Under the pieces are notes generated by a model. That model ran no database searches. It was not told the origin of the DNA and was given only the letters and a program-made list of their open reading frames with translations. DNA of 64,000 bases from a virus (Duplodnaviria > Caudoviricetes): IMG/VR virus record IMGVR_UViG_3300028888_000097, positions 1 to 64,000 of that record; one strand, written 5' to 3'. A program made the translations under genes and the position numbers. The stretch's first letter is position 1, and every line of letters starts with the position of its first letter. Shown here piece by piece: positions 26,226 through 37,500 of this stretch.

Positions 26226-26633
26226 ATGGAACTTTTCTGGCAGATTCTTCCGGCTGTACTTGTGGCGGTGATTCCGATTCTCTCCGGGTTCCTGTGCCGA
26301 CTGCTGAAGCGGCTGGCGGACAAGGTTGTGCAGAACATGGAGGACGAGCGGGTCAAGGTTCTGGTGGGTGAAATCGACATGGCGGTACAGTCGGCGGTGA
26401 ACTATGTGAATCAGACCTTTGTGGACGAATTGAAGAAAGCCGGGACATTCGGAGAGGATCCCGAATACGCAGAGGAGGCGTTTCGGACGGCGTATGAGAC
26501 GGCGATTGAGACGATTTCCTCCGACGCGATGGACTGGATTTCCGAGACCTTCGGCGATGTGCGGAAGTATCTCGAGGTGAAGATTGAGGAGAGCGTACAG
26601 TACAACCACCGGTGGGCTGGACTGAACGGGTGA
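26226..26633 (+). CDS. Holin (LL-H-like)
   Basis: N-terminal TM, AVQSAV.YV.Q, IE..V pattern. Confidence 0.65.
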   Translation: MELFWQILPAVLVAVIPILSGFLCRLLKRLADKVVQNMEDERVKVLVGEIDMAVQSAVNYVNQTFVDELKKAGTFGEDPEYAEEAFRTAYETAIETISSDAMDWISETFGDVRKYLEVKIEESVQYNHRWAGLNG

Positions 26634-26639
26634 GGATGA

Positions 26640-28160
26640 ATGGAAAGTCTGAATCTTGATTTTCTCCGGAACGCAACGGAAGCGGGATATGGTCCCGTAT
26701 TCCGAAACGACCGGTACAATCTGGCTGCCGTTCAAATCGAGGGGAGCTTTACGGGGCTATCCTTGGTTCTGGAAGGGCGGACGGACGTTGACGCGGGTCC
26801 GTGGGAGGCTGTCGCGGGGTGGTCTGTATCGGATCCGAATACGAAAACGGAGACAGTTTCTTCCGCCGGGATTTATGAATGGCGCATCGAGGGCATCCGG
26901 GAATTTCGGTTCCGGATTCTCGCCATTTCGGGCGGGGCGGTGAACGCTTCCGGCGTACTCTACAATTCGGCGGACAACTCGACCTATCCGTATACTTCGG
27001 CTCCCGGCTCCATTACGTTCGGGGATCCCGCGCTCTTTGTGAAGGGGATTTGTGAGCAGATCTTCTTCGACCCGTCCACGGGGAACATTGTGGGCTACGA
27101 CAACACGGCGACGGACGGTTCAGTGACGATTTCCGTGAATCTCGCGGAGATTGCGGGAGGCATGGGAAACCGGCTCATCGGGGTGCTTCCGGACACGGCG
27201 CGGATTTCGGGCGGGTACACGTCCTCGGCGTTCTCGCTCGAGACCCGTGAGAAGATCATGGGCGGGCAGATTGCGTACAACGCGGTCGCCCAGGTCTGCG
27301 AAACGGTAACGGCGGAATCCGAAACCCTCGTTGTCAGCCGGGAACCCGCTCCGTCCCTTGCGGAGAATCCGGGAGACGGGACCTTCTGGGCGTATGTGAA
27401 GCGCGTGGGAGACGGAGCGCAGAAAGGAATGAACGTCGGGGTTAATCCTTCGACGCGGGAGATTGTGAACTTCACGGCGGAGACGGGAGAGAAATACGAG
27501 GTGACTTATTTCGCTCACAACGTCTCGGCGCAGATGCTTCCGATTCCGTCCATTTGGAATCCCGTTATGATGACGGTACAGGAGCGGTACGGGGTTTACG
27601 CGAAGCAGAATGGGTCCGCCGAAAAGGGCGTTCTGAAGGGATGGCTTTACTTCATCGTTCCCCGCGCGATTCTAAACGCGGACGCCGGTGAATCCGCCTC
27701 CGAAACGGCGAACGCCACGACGGACGGAAGCTGGATTGCGATTCCGGAAAAGCCGGAGAACATGCCGTTCTGCGATTGCGACGAGAGTGCGCATCCGGTG
27801 GCTTACTATGTTTACGTCCCCTGCTCCGGCGAGAACGACGCGGTGACGGAAGTGGTTTCCGTCGGAAGCGGATTGACGCTGAAAGCGGGGAAGACGGCGC
27901 AGCTTCCGATCAAGCTGGTCATGCCGGATGACAGCCTCGTTCAGCCGGACTTCACGCGGATGGGATATTACTCCGAGGACGAAGCGGTGGCGACGGTGGA
28001 CAACCGTGGAATTGTGACGGCGGTTTCCGAAGGGCAGACGGTGGTTCATGCGTTTGTTTCCAAATCGGACGGTTCCTCCCTTGACAGCCGGACGATTGTG
28101 GCGGTGGAAGGAACGCGAAAAACGCTGACGGCGAACCGGAACAATATCTTGGTTGGTTAA
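26640..28160 (+). CDS. Tail-tube paralogue with extra N-terminal domain and C-terminal Ig-like domain
   Basis: ITFGDPALFVKGICEQIFFDPSTGNIVGYDN aligns with MTP ITLGTPNLFLKGIAEQTFYDPATGNIVGFDN along its length. Confidence 0.8.
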   Translation: MESLNLDFLRNATEAGYGPVFRNDRYNLAAVQIEGSFTGLSLVLEGRTDVDAGPWEAVAGWSVSDPNTKTETVSSAGIYEWRIEGIREFRFRILAISGGAVNASGVLYNSADNSTYPYTSAPGSITFGDPALFVKGICEQIFFDPSTGNIVGYDNTATDGSVTISVNLAEIAGGMGNRLIGVLPDTARISGGYTSSAFSLETREKIMGGQIAYNAVAQVCETVTAESETLVVSREPAPSLAENPGDGTFWAYVKRVGDGAQKGMNVGVNPSTREIVNFTAETGEKYEVTYFAHNVSAQMLPIPSIWNPVMMTVQERYGVYAKQNGSAEKGVLKGWLYFIVPRAILNADAGESASETANATTDGSWIAIPEKPENMPFCDCDESAHPVAYYVYVPCSGENDAVTEVVSVGSGLTLKAGKTAQLPIKLVMPDDSLVQPDFTRMGYYSEDEAVATVDNRGIVTAVSEGQTVVHAFVSKSDGSSLDSRTIVAVEGTRKTLTANRNNILVG

Positions 28161-28197
28161 AATTCAAAATTCCATAGGATCTGAAAGGACGACAAAC

Positions 28198-28830
28198 ATG
28201 GAATACTTTGAGCTTACAAAGGACATGATGGCGGGGGCGAAAACCTACATGCCTCTGTACACGAAAAAGACGCTGGCGGAGGCGGTGGCGTTCCGGTGCG
28301 TGAAGCCCATGACCCGGCTGAAGTGGGACGGAATCCACCTTTCGGAGCGGGCGGACGGGGAAGAGGTTCGGGACGAGCCAACCTCCCTGCCTGATCTGAT
28401 GGAGGAAGATGTGGCACTGAAGATGTGCCTCCTCCAGAATGTCCTTCTTTCGTGGTATTTCGATGTGGAGATGGACGAGGAGAACATCGGATACGAGCAG
28501 TACGACTTCTACGCGGGCGGACACCTGATGAATCAGATTGAACGGTTCAAGGCGGACCGGGACGTGAAGAACAAGGCGTTCGATCTGATGGAGGACTGGC
28601 GGGAATTCAAGAAGATGGTGGACACGATCATCTACAATTACAAAATGAACGCCAACGATCCCCTCAAACGGTTCGACGCGATGCTGACGGTCTTCTCCTC
28701 TCCCGAGAACATTCAAGCTCTGGTGAACGAGCTTCAGAAGAGCTCGGATGAGGTGGAAGAGAAGGTGAATGGCGCGAAGAAGGGACGGAAGAAGTCCGAT
28801 AAGGTTTTGGAACCGATTCCGGAGGCATGA
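28198..28830 (+). CDS. Tail-module protein
   Basis: RBS, synteny. Confidence 0.6.
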   Translation: MEYFELTKDMMAGAKTYMPLYTKKTLAEAVAFRCVKPMTRLKWDGIHLSERADGEEVRDEPTSLPDLMEEDVALKMCLLQNVLLSWYFDVEMDEENIGYEQYDFYAGGHLMNQIERFKADRDVKNKAFDLMEDWREFKKMVDTIIYNYKMNANDPLKRFDAMLTVFSSPENIQALVNELQKSSDEVEEKVNGAKKGRKKSDKVLEPIPEA

Positions 28831-28831
28831 C

Positions 28832-29551
28832 ATGGCGGTTGACATTCGGAACCCCTATTGGCCGTATGTGAAAGCGCAGGAGAGTTACTACGACCTGTCC
28901 GATTCGGTTTCGCTCCCCCGGAAGATTGCGGACTATCTGATTGACGCTCCGCAGGGGGAATACACGCCGATGGACGATAACAGCTATCCGCGCTGTCGGC
29001 TTTGGAAATACCTCTACTACGACGGGGCGAGACCGCTTGACAATCCACTCCCTTCCATCCGGGAGAAGATGAGCGTGGTATACAATCCGGACATGCCGCA
29101 GAATCCGCCGACGGAGAAGGGATACCGGCTGATCCCGCAGATATTCACGCGTCAATCTCAGGAGACGGCGCAGACGCGGCTTTACGTCTACATGGGGCGG
29201 ACGGTTCCCATGAACGAGGAGATGCGGATTGCGCTTGCGGTGACGTTCCGGATCTGGACGCACTACACCTACGAGCTGAACACGCGCTCGGACGAATATT
29301 CTCGGGCGTTCGCCATTGAACAGGCTCTTATCGAATCCCTGCACGGGGTGAACATGAACGGTGTCGGCACTTTCTTCTTCTCGAAGTCGGTTCATCCGGA
29401 CTGCGGGTCGGGGGTGATGTACGACGGCGAGACAAATGTGGGGCGGGAGCTGACGATTGCGCTCCAGGTGGCGACGACGGTTCCGAATGATTTCGGCTCC
29501 ATCCTGAACAAGCCGCTCGGGAATCCGTCCGGGACGATTCGGTGGGGGTGA
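28832..29551 (+). CDS. Tail terminator-like protein
   Basis: Synteny; start reassigned to MAVDIRN. Confidence 0.5.
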   Translation: MAVDIRNPYWPYVKAQESYYDLSDSVSLPRKIADYLIDAPQGEYTPMDDNSYPRCRLWKYLYYDGARPLDNPLPSIREKMSVVYNPDMPQNPPTEKGYRLIPQIFTRQSQETAQTRLYVYMGRTVPMNEEMRIALAVTFRIWTHYTYELNTRSDEYSRAFAIEQALIESLHGVNMNGVGTFFFSKSVHPDCGSGVMYDGETNVGRELTIALQVATTVPNDFGSILNKPLGNPSGTIRWG

Positions 29552-29561
29552 CTTTGACGCT

Positions 29562-29756
29562 GTGAAAAGAGCGAAAAGGAAGCGGAGAAGTGAACCAAAG
29601 GAATTTACGCCGGAGGTCAAAGCAAAGGTGGATGAAGCCATTCGGATCCGGACCCGGATGCTCATTCGGGATCATCAGGGGAACGAGAGGATTTTCCGCT
29701 CGACGGTACTGGAAGAAGGAACGGAAAACGAAGAAACGGAGGGAGACAGCGGATGA
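29562..29756 (+). CDS. Hypothetical protein
   Basis: Fills gap; ATGA overlap with next gene. Confidence 0.4.
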   Translation: MKRAKRKRRSEPKEFTPEVKAKVDEAIRIRTRMLIRDHQGNERIFRSTVLEEGTENEETEGDSG

Positions 29757-31072
29757 ATCAGAGTCAGAAGTTCATTAAGTCGGTCTCCCATCCCCATGTG
29801 ACGGCGGTGAAGTCAAACACTCCGGCGCAGTACAAGGACCGGCGGCATCAATACCTTGCGGACCGGCGGACGCTCTTTGACGAGCAGAGGGATTATCTGG
29901 CGACGGATTATGTCAAGGCGCGGGTACAGGGGCTGAACCCGGACAACTTCTACGAATGGGTTGAGACGGAGATCCGGTTATCGGACGTTTCCACGCAGTC
30001 GGTGACGGCGTTTGACTCGAAGGAATACGACAACTTCAAGGAAATCCTGTTCCGGTCGCGGGCTATCGATTACATTCCGGTGGGGGCGTATGTGGAGACG
30101 ATGGGGTCTTACTGGATGGTGGTCAACCCCGGCAATATGTCTTCCCCCACGACGAACGCGGTCATTGCGCGGTGTCGGGCGCACTGGACGTTCTACGACG
30201 AATACGGGAACATCCGGTGGGAACCGCTTGTGATTGACCGGCGGACGATGCTTTCCAACCGGAACGAATCGCCGGAGAATCTGGTGCTGATGGAGGGCTA
30301 CTTCAACGTGAAGTGTCAGAAGAACGCGAACACGGTGAAGCTGCGGGACAATCAGCGGATGATTCTCGGGTCCTACGCCTACCACATCACAGGTTTCACG
30401 GATTTCTTCGAGGAGTTCACGGGGGACGACGAATCCGCGCACGTTATCAATCTGACGGTGCGGAGAGAGGAACCGGAAGAGCACGACGACCTTGTGAACC
30501 ACATCGCGGACGGATTACTCTTCACATGGGGAGCGGAAATCACCGGCCCCGGTTCGGTTTCGATTGACAAAGAAACGGGATTGACGGCGCACATGCTCAA
30601 AAACGGCGAGAACGTACCTGAAAGCGCGGTTCTGCCGATTACGTGGAACTGGTCCTCCTCTGATGAATTGGTTGCCACGGTGGACACTGACGGCATTGTG
30701 CGCGGTGTTTCGGAGGGGGAGGCTGTTATCACGGCAAATCTGAGCCAGAATCCTGATTTAGCCGCGACCTTTACGATTTCGGTGAACGCGGGGAGCGAGG
30801 CGGTGCGGTTCGTCGGTACGGTTCCTCCGTTTATCGCGCAGTATTCGGAGATCACGCTTACTGCTGTGCATGAGGTGAACGGGGAAGCGACGGAAGATCC
30901 TCTGGAATGGAGCTTTGCGGGTGCGGATTCCGAAGACTGGACGGCGTTCACCAATCCGAACGGAATGCAATGCGAAATCGCCTGTAACTCTCCGGCGGCT
31001 GAACCTCTGATTGTAACGGTTTCGTATGGCGGGGAATCCGCTTCGGTTTCGATCAAGCTGTTGGGATACTGA
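29753..31072 (+). CDS. Head-closure/neck-like protein with Ig-like domains
   Basis: WSSSDELVATVDTDGIVRGVSEGEAVITA Big_2 motif. Confidence 0.65.
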   Translation: MNQSQKFIKSVSHPHVTAVKSNTPAQYKDRRHQYLADRRTLFDEQRDYLATDYVKARVQGLNPDNFYEWVETEIRLSDVSTQSVTAFDSKEYDNFKEILFRSRAIDYIPVGAYVETMGSYWMVVNPGNMSSPTTNAVIARCRAHWTFYDEYGNIRWEPLVIDRRTMLSNRNESPENLVLMEGYFNVKCQKNANTVKLRDNQRMILGSYAYHITGFTDFFEEFTGDDESAHVINLTVRREEPEEHDDLVNHIADGLLFTWGAEITGPGSVSIDKETGLTAHMLKNGENVPESAVLPITWNWSSSDELVATVDTDGIVRGVSEGEAVITANLSQNPDLAATFTISVNAGSEAVRFVGTVPPFIAQYSEITLTAVHEVNGEATEDPLEWSFAGADSEDWTAFTNPNGMQCEIACNSPAAEPLIVTVSYGGESASVSIKLLGY

Positions 31073-31162
31073 AAAACAAACGCCTCCGCGAGAGGGCGGA
31101 GGTAAGGTCAAGCGGGACCGGGCGGGGCGGTATGCTCTCCGGTCCCTTTACTTTGAAAGGAA

Positions 31163-31528
31163 GTGAAAGCGATGTGCGGTTATCACTGTCCGTTTGCGGA
31201 GCGGAAGCCCTGCGCGGGATTTCTGCTGTGCCGGGATATGTACCAAGAGGGCGTGAACTACAACATCCGGACGAACGCGATGAACGTGATCTGCGCGTTC
31301 CAGAAGCAGTGCATGAGGACGGGACGGATGGAAAACACAGACTCGGCGCGGGACTGCTATACATGGCGGGTACAGGCGATGGCGGAGGCGAAAAAGGCGG
31401 TCATCGAGGACGATTCCGCTTTCATCGGGGAAAATGTCGTTGAGAACGACGAGAGTCCCGCCGATAAGATGACCGTCACGACGGCGGTTTCCGGGAAGAG
31501 TTCCGGAAAGAAGAAAAAGAAGAATTGA
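31163..31528 (+). CDS. Cys-rich hypothetical protein
   Basis: GAAAGGAAG RBS; C..HC..C..C..C. Confidence 0.55.
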   Translation: MKAMCGYHCPFAERKPCAGFLLCRDMYQEGVNYNIRTNAMNVICAFQKQCMRTGRMENTDSARDCYTWRVQAMAEAKKAVIEDDSAFIGENVVENDESPADKMTVTTAVSGKSSGKKKKKN

Positions 31529-31583
31529 CGATCATTCTGCCGAAAGGCTGATGATAAAGCAAGGAAAGTAAGGAAAAACAAAC

Positions 31584-32453
31584 ATGGCCTACGGACTTGC
31601 GACAATGCAGCGGGAGAGGCGGCTTCACATCCGGCGGGGAGAACCCATCCGGGAATGCGGGGTTGACCTGTATCCCATCACAATGGACCACTACGAGGAT
31701 TTCATCCAGTGCAAGGACGCCTTATGTCTCAGGCTTTCGTCGCTCCCTGTGCGATACGTGAGCCTTGACTATCTGTCGGCGGTCTTTGCGCTGGAGCTGG
31801 ACGCGCTTTCGGAAGGGAAAGAACCCTCCATGGCGACCGGCGGATTATTCTTTCGTTTGATGCGGCTCTTTGGTTTATCTCTGCGGATTGAGATGACGGC
31901 GGAGCGGCTGAACGAATGCATATTCTACCGTGCGTCGGAGGGAAACATCTCCATCGAATACATGGAGCTGACCCAGACGGGCGCGGACGGAAATCCGAAC
32001 ACGGTCAGGATCACGCCGTTTCAGTTTTCGTCGATTTTACGGCCTCTCATTGCGGCGCAGAATCAGATTGAGCTTCCCGATGAGAGTGAAAACGCGGAGC
32101 TTGTGGACGCATATCAAAAGAAGAAGCAGATTCAGGACAGGGGCGTCGCCCTGAAGACGGACCTTGACGATCTGGTTTCCTCCGTGGCGTACCACTCCGG
32201 CGTTTCGGACGCGGAGATCATGGACTGGAATGTGCGCGATTTTGAAAACCGACGCCGGGCGATTGAGCGGGACAAGCGGTACATGCTTTACGCACAGGCG
32301 GAGATGAGCGGGATGGTCACGTTCAAGAACGGCAATCCCTATCCGTCGTGGTGCTTTGACGCGCTCGATGACACGCTCGGCACGATGGAATACGCGGAGC
32401 TGGCAAAGACGCTCTCCGGCGCGGCGGCTCCCGGTTCCGGGCTTGGGGTGTAA
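31584..32453 (+). CDS. Tail assembly chaperone-like protein
   Basis: Synteny before MTP. Confidence 0.5.
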   Translation: MAYGLATMQRERRLHIRRGEPIRECGVDLYPITMDHYEDFIQCKDALCLRLSSLPVRYVSLDYLSAVFALELDALSEGKEPSMATGGLFFRLMRLFGLSLRIEMTAERLNECIFYRASEGNISIEYMELTQTGADGNPNTVRITPFQFSSILRPLIAAQNQIELPDESENAELVDAYQKKKQIQDRGVALKTDLDDLVSSVAYHSGVSDAEIMDWNVRDFENRRRAIERDKRYMLYAQAEMSGMVTFKNGNPYPSWCFDALDDTLGTMEYAELAKTLSGAAAPGSGLGV

Positions 32454-32469
32454 AAGAACGAAGGAAAAC

Positions 32470-32618
32470 GAGGGGAACGCGGCTTCTTGAAAGAAGCCTG
32501 GCAAGAACTTTGAAAAGCACCTTGTTAGGCGTCCTCTCGTCAGTAAAGCACGGGGTAACGTGCAGTTCCGGATTTGCCCCAATTTCACGTTGGGAGGCGG
32601 GGAACCGTCTCCCGGAAC
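32470..32618 (+). ncRNA. Structured leader of the major tail protein gene
   Basis: Nested stems GAGGGGAACGC/GCGTCCTCTC, GGCTTCT/AGAAGCC, GCACG/CGTGC, GTTCCGG/CCGGAAC, CCCAA/TTGGG, AGGCGG/CCGTCT. Confidence 0.45.
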
Positions 32619-32646
32619 GAAGATTCAATCTGAAAGGATTTTCACT

Positions 32647-33762
32647 ATGAACGCTATTACTCTCGGCACTCCCAATCTCTTTCTGAAGGGCATTGCGGAG
32701 CAAACATTCTACGATCCGGCGACGGGCAACATCGTCGGCTTTGACAACGTGGCTTCCGAAGCCGCCATTCAGACCTCCGTGAACCTTCAGGAAGTGGTTG
32801 GCGGTCTCGGCAACGCTCTTGTGGGCGTCTTCCCGGACACGGTGCGTCTGACCGGCACTTACACGTCTCAGGCGTTCTCCCTTGAGACCAGACGCCTCAT
32901 CACCGGCGGCGTTCTCGCCTACAACGCGACGGCTCCCATTTGCGAGACCATCACGGCGACCGGCACGACCCTTACGGTTTCCCGGACTCCCGCGAAGCAC
33001 TACGGGCAGCCCGCCTCCGACACCAACGCATGGTGCTTCGTGAAGCCCCAGGGCGCGGCCTCCTATCCCGGAACGAACTATCAGATCAACCCGGCGAACG
33101 GTCAGGTTGTGAACTTTGCGGCGGTCTCCGGTACGACCTACGAGGTGTACTACTTCGCCGAGAACGCCTCCGCGCAGTCTCTCGCGATTCCGGACGTGTT
33201 CAATCCCACGAACGTGACGGTTTCCACGAAGTACGGCGTGTACGCCAAGCAGAACAACGCGGTCACAGGCGGTACGCTTCAGGGCTGGCTCTACGTCATC
33301 GTTCCCGTTGCGATCCTCTCCGGTGACGCGGGCATCTCCGCCAACCAGACGACCAACGCGACGACCGACGGCTCCTGGATGGCTCTGTCTCCCGATTCCG
33401 TGGGTCTGTCCTGTGCTGACTGCGCCATGAGCGGCAATCCTATCGCCTACTACATCTACGTTCCCTGCGGAGACGCGGCGGCTGAGGTTCAGGCTCTGGC
33501 GATTCCGGGCGGCGGCGTGACCGTTGCGGTCGGTTCCACCGTTCAGATCCCCGTGAAGTATGTGATGCCCAACGATACGCTGGTTCAGCCCACCTACACG
33601 GATCTGACCTACGCCTCCGCCGCCACCGGCACGGCTACGGTCTCCAACGCGGGCGTGGTGACGGGCGTTGCCGCCGGTTCCACTACGGTTACGGTGACGC
33701 TGACCAAGGCGGACGGCTCCACGCTGACGGCTCCCTGCGCGGTCACGGTCACTTCCGCCTGA
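32647..33762 (+). CDS. Major tail (tube) protein with C-terminal Ig-like domain
   Basis: Strong codon bias like MCP; ATVSNAGVVTGVAAGSTTVTVT Big_2; upstream of TMP. Confidence 0.8.
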   Translation: MNAITLGTPNLFLKGIAEQTFYDPATGNIVGFDNVASEAAIQTSVNLQEVVGGLGNALVGVFPDTVRLTGTYTSQAFSLETRRLITGGVLAYNATAPICETITATGTTLTVSRTPAKHYGQPASDTNAWCFVKPQGAASYPGTNYQINPANGQVVNFAAVSGTTYEVYYFAENASAQSLAIPDVFNPTNVTVSTKYGVYAKQNNAVTGGTLQGWLYVIVPVAILSGDAGISANQTTNATTDGSWMALSPDSVGLSCADCAMSGNPIAYYIYVPCGDAAAEVQALAIPGGGVTVAVGSTVQIPVKYVMPNDTLVQPTYTDLTYASAATGTATVSNAGVVTGVAAGSTTVTVTLTKADGSTLTAPCAVTVTSA

Positions 33763-33920
33763 CGGATTTTGAAAACGAGGACGGCGGGGGAGAAATCCCC
33801 CGCTCCCCTCTGCATGACGGGGGGATTCCGGATTTGGAGTTCCCCCGATTGTTTTTGTTCGACTGTTGACGGATGCGCGGGGCGGGGCGTGTCCGTGAGC
33901 AATTGAAGGGAGGGCGAGGA

Positions 33921-34514
33921 ATGGGACTGTTCAAGGTAACGGTTTCGGGGTTTGAAACGGTTGAGAATGACCTTGAAAAAGAGCAGAAGCAGATTGAGAA
34001 AGCATCTGTCGAAGGGCTGCGCGTGGTGGAGAGCCAGTTTTACGCGGATCTGGAACGGCACATTCAAAAGGACTGGTACGAGGCATGGGGTGAACCGAAG
34101 CAATACGAACGGAGAACGGACGACCCTTCTCTCGGCCCTCCGCTGGGCGATTTCAGCAACATGCACTCTGAGATCAAGGGGCTGACCCTTACGTTTGATT
34201 ATTTCCCGTCCGGGAAGCACAGCAACGGGGAATGGAACAACCACAACGGGGACGAGATCATCAAGATCGTTCAAATGAACGAAGGATGGAGTTATCCGGT
34301 GAACGAGGACCAGCGAAAACGCATGATTATGCCCCGTCCGTTCTGGAACAATTTCGTGGAGGAAGAATTTAACGGACAGGCATTCGCCGTATTTGACTAC
34401 GGCTTTTCCGGACGCGGGTACGACCTGATTTCGGAGGGCGTCGGAAAAGACCTTGAATACACGGGCGGAGAAAGTCTACTCGAAGCCGCAGAAGATTACG
34501 ATTTACCGCTATGA
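33921..34514 (+). CDS. Tail completion protein (HK97 gp10-like)
   Basis: GFETVENDLEK.. and C-terminal PRPFW motif. Confidence 0.55.
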   Translation: MGLFKVTVSGFETVENDLEKEQKQIEKASVEGLRVVESQFYADLERHIQKDWYEAWGEPKQYERRTDDPSLGPPLGDFSNMHSEIKGLTLTFDYFPSGKHSNGEWNNHNGDEIIKIVQMNEGWSYPVNEDQRKRMIMPRPFWNNFVEEEFNGQAFAVFDYGFSGRGYDLISEGVGKDLEYTGGESLLEAAEDYDLPL

Positions 34515-34522
34515 GGTGAAGC

Positions 34523-37500
34523 ATGGCAAAAATTTTACTAAACGTCGATCTGAACCTTGACACGGCAAAAGGGAGCATTGAAACTCTCAAAAAGTCGCTT
34601 TCCACGATTGCCGATTCGCTGAACAGGGTCAAGCCGAATAAGGATCTGACGGAACAGGTCAAGGCTCTTTCAGAGTATTACAAAAGTCTGGCAACGGCGG
34701 CGAAGAGCGCGGCGGAGGCTGACTCCAAAGCGGCTATCTCTGCGGCGAAGGTGACAAAAGCCGAGCAGGACGCGGCAAAGGCGGCGGCGCAGAGGCAGAA
34801 AGCGGAGACGGACGCGGCGGCGGCTCTTGCCCGGAGGTCGGCGGCAGAAGCGCGGGCTTTCGATATGATTGAAAAGACCAAAGCCGCGATGGAGAAGCGG
34901 GCAAAGGCGGCAGAGGGGGACGAAAAGGCTCTCTGGAATCTGGAAAAGGCTTTTGCTTCGCTTTCCAAACGGCAGGAAGAAGCCGCCTCCAAGACGAACG
35001 TCATGGATCAGGCTCTCCGGGACGTGGCGGAAGAGACGGAGGAGACATGGAAAGAAATCCGGGCGTTCAACGAGAACGGGGAGGCTCTGAGTTCCACCGT
35101 CGATGAACTGCGGGAGCGGTACGACCGGCTTGCTGCGCAGACTGCCTCCTACGAAAAGGAACTGAACGAACAGGTCAAGGCGGAAATCGAGGCGGAGAGA
35201 GAGGCGCAGCGGTTAGCGGATAGTTTCCAAAAGTCGGAAGAAAACCTCGACGGGCTGACGCTGAAGCTGAACAATATGCTGACGGCGATTTCCAACGTGG
35301 AGGGCCGTTATCCCGCGGGGACGTTCGATCAGTTAAAGGCGGACATTCAGGCGCAGATTGCCGCCGTGGAAGGGCTGAAAGAATCTGTTTCGTCCTCCGG
35401 CGGGAATATGCAGGAGTTCATCGAAAAGGAACAGGCGGCGGAGCAGTCCACGAAGGATCTAAACGGGCGGTTTGCTGAGCTGAAAGCCTCCACGGAACAC
35501 GCGGCTCCGGCGGTGGCGACGCTGGGGGAGAAGTTCGGGAATCTGGTTGAGCGGTACGCGAAGTTCTACGCCTCCTCCCTTCTGGTGCGGAAGCCGCTTC
35601 AGTTGATTCAGAGTGCGCTGTCCGACGTAGGGGAGACGCTTGTCAAGACGGAGGACGCGGTTATCGAGCTGAACCGGGTTCTGGACGACCCGCAGCCGAC
35701 GCAGGAAGTGGCGAACCGACTCTACGACATCGCCTACGCCTACGGTTCGACTTTTGAAAGCGCGTCCACGATTGCGTCCAACTTCGCTCGCGCCGGTAAG
35801 AGCTGGAACGAATCCCTTCAGGCGACGGAAGCGGCTCTTCTGGCTATGAACGTGGCTGAACTCAACGCGACCGAGGCTTCCGACGGCTTGCTCTCCATCA
35901 TCGCGCAGTTCGACATGGAGACGTCAGACCTGATTGACGTGGTGGACAAGCTGAACAAGACCGCTGACAAAAACCCCGTCTCGACGCAGAAGCTCTTACA
36001 GGCGATTCAGCGGGCCGGTTCCGCCGCGAAAAACGCGAACGTATCCTTCGACCAGACGCTCGGTTTAATTACGGCGATTTCCGAGGCGACGAACCGTTCC
36101 GGCCAGAACATCGGTACTGCCGTCAACTCCCTGATTCAGTATTCGACGAAGAATGTGGACGTTTTCGCCACTTTGTCGAAGGAATCCGAGGAGATGGTGG
36201 AGAAGTTCAAGCTCGGGCTTGTCTCCATCGTGGACGTCTGGAATCAGGTTGCGGCGGATATCAAGAGCGACAAGAAAGCGCGGGACGACATCATCACGGC
36301 TCTCGGGACGGACGGTCTGGAGGAGCTGTCCTCGACGCTTCACGACGAGCTGGGCGATCTGGTTTCGGAAATCGACGGCGTTTACAACGTAGCGAACACT
36401 TACCGGAAGAACTATTTCATCGCGCTCCTTGACAACATGGACCGGTTCATGAAGGTTCAGGAGCAGTTGACTGATTACCAGGGGTACTCTCAGGAAGAAA
36501 ATGAGAAGTACATGGAGACCTACACGGCGAAGGTCAATCAGTTAAACGACGCATGGCAGAAGCTGGCGAACGATGAGCAGGGGATTCTGAAATTCAAAAA
36601 GGACCTCGTTGATCTCGGGATTGATCTGGTTGGATTTGTTGAGCAAACCGGCGGCATTGTCGATACGGTTCAGAGCGCGGCGGGAATCATTGGCGGACTG
36701 GCTTTAATTTCCAAAGCCGAAGCCCTGAAAGTGGCGATTGCCGACATTGGGACGGTATTAAAAGCGACTTTCACAGGAGCCGCCGGAGCGTTTCAAACGA
36801 CAATTGGATGGATTGGCGCGGTCATTGCCGTTTCAGCACTACTCAATACTACCATCAACGCTATCCGTGCTTCTCAGGCAGAACGGCGCAAGGAAACGCT
36901 TCTGGAATTTGAAGCGAACAAAGACAACATTACTGCCCTTTCCGAGTTAAAAAAGAAGTACGACGAAGGGAATCTTTCGCTGAAGGAAGAGTGGGAGTTA
37001 GAAGATAAAATCGTTCCGCTTCTCGGAGACAAAGGAATTGCCCTTGACGGACTGGCCCAACACACGGAAGCCTATACGAAAAAAGTATGGGAACTGGTAG
37101 AGGGACTGCGTGAAGAGCAAAAGCTAACGGCACAGGTCGCGCAGGACGCGGCAAAGGACGATTATATCGAAGCCGCAAGACAAGCGGTTGAGGGGTCCGC
37201 AAGAGCACAAGCGAAAAGGGACGGCGGAGTTCAATCGTTTATTCTAAATTCAGATCTGGGCAAGTTCTTTAGTTCCGCTTTCAGCGGGGCGATGAACGAC
37301 GCCGACCAAGCTGCCGAATATCTTGACAAACTGCGCACACGGCTTGACGAAGCGAAACAGGCATATCTTGAGGCGCGTGGACAGGTTTCCGACGCGGAAG
37401 AGAAGAAGCTCCGTGAATACTATCAGGATCTTCTTGAAATATACAACAATCTCAGCGCGGCAAGGGATAATTACGAGAAACAGAGACGCGAAGGGCTGAT

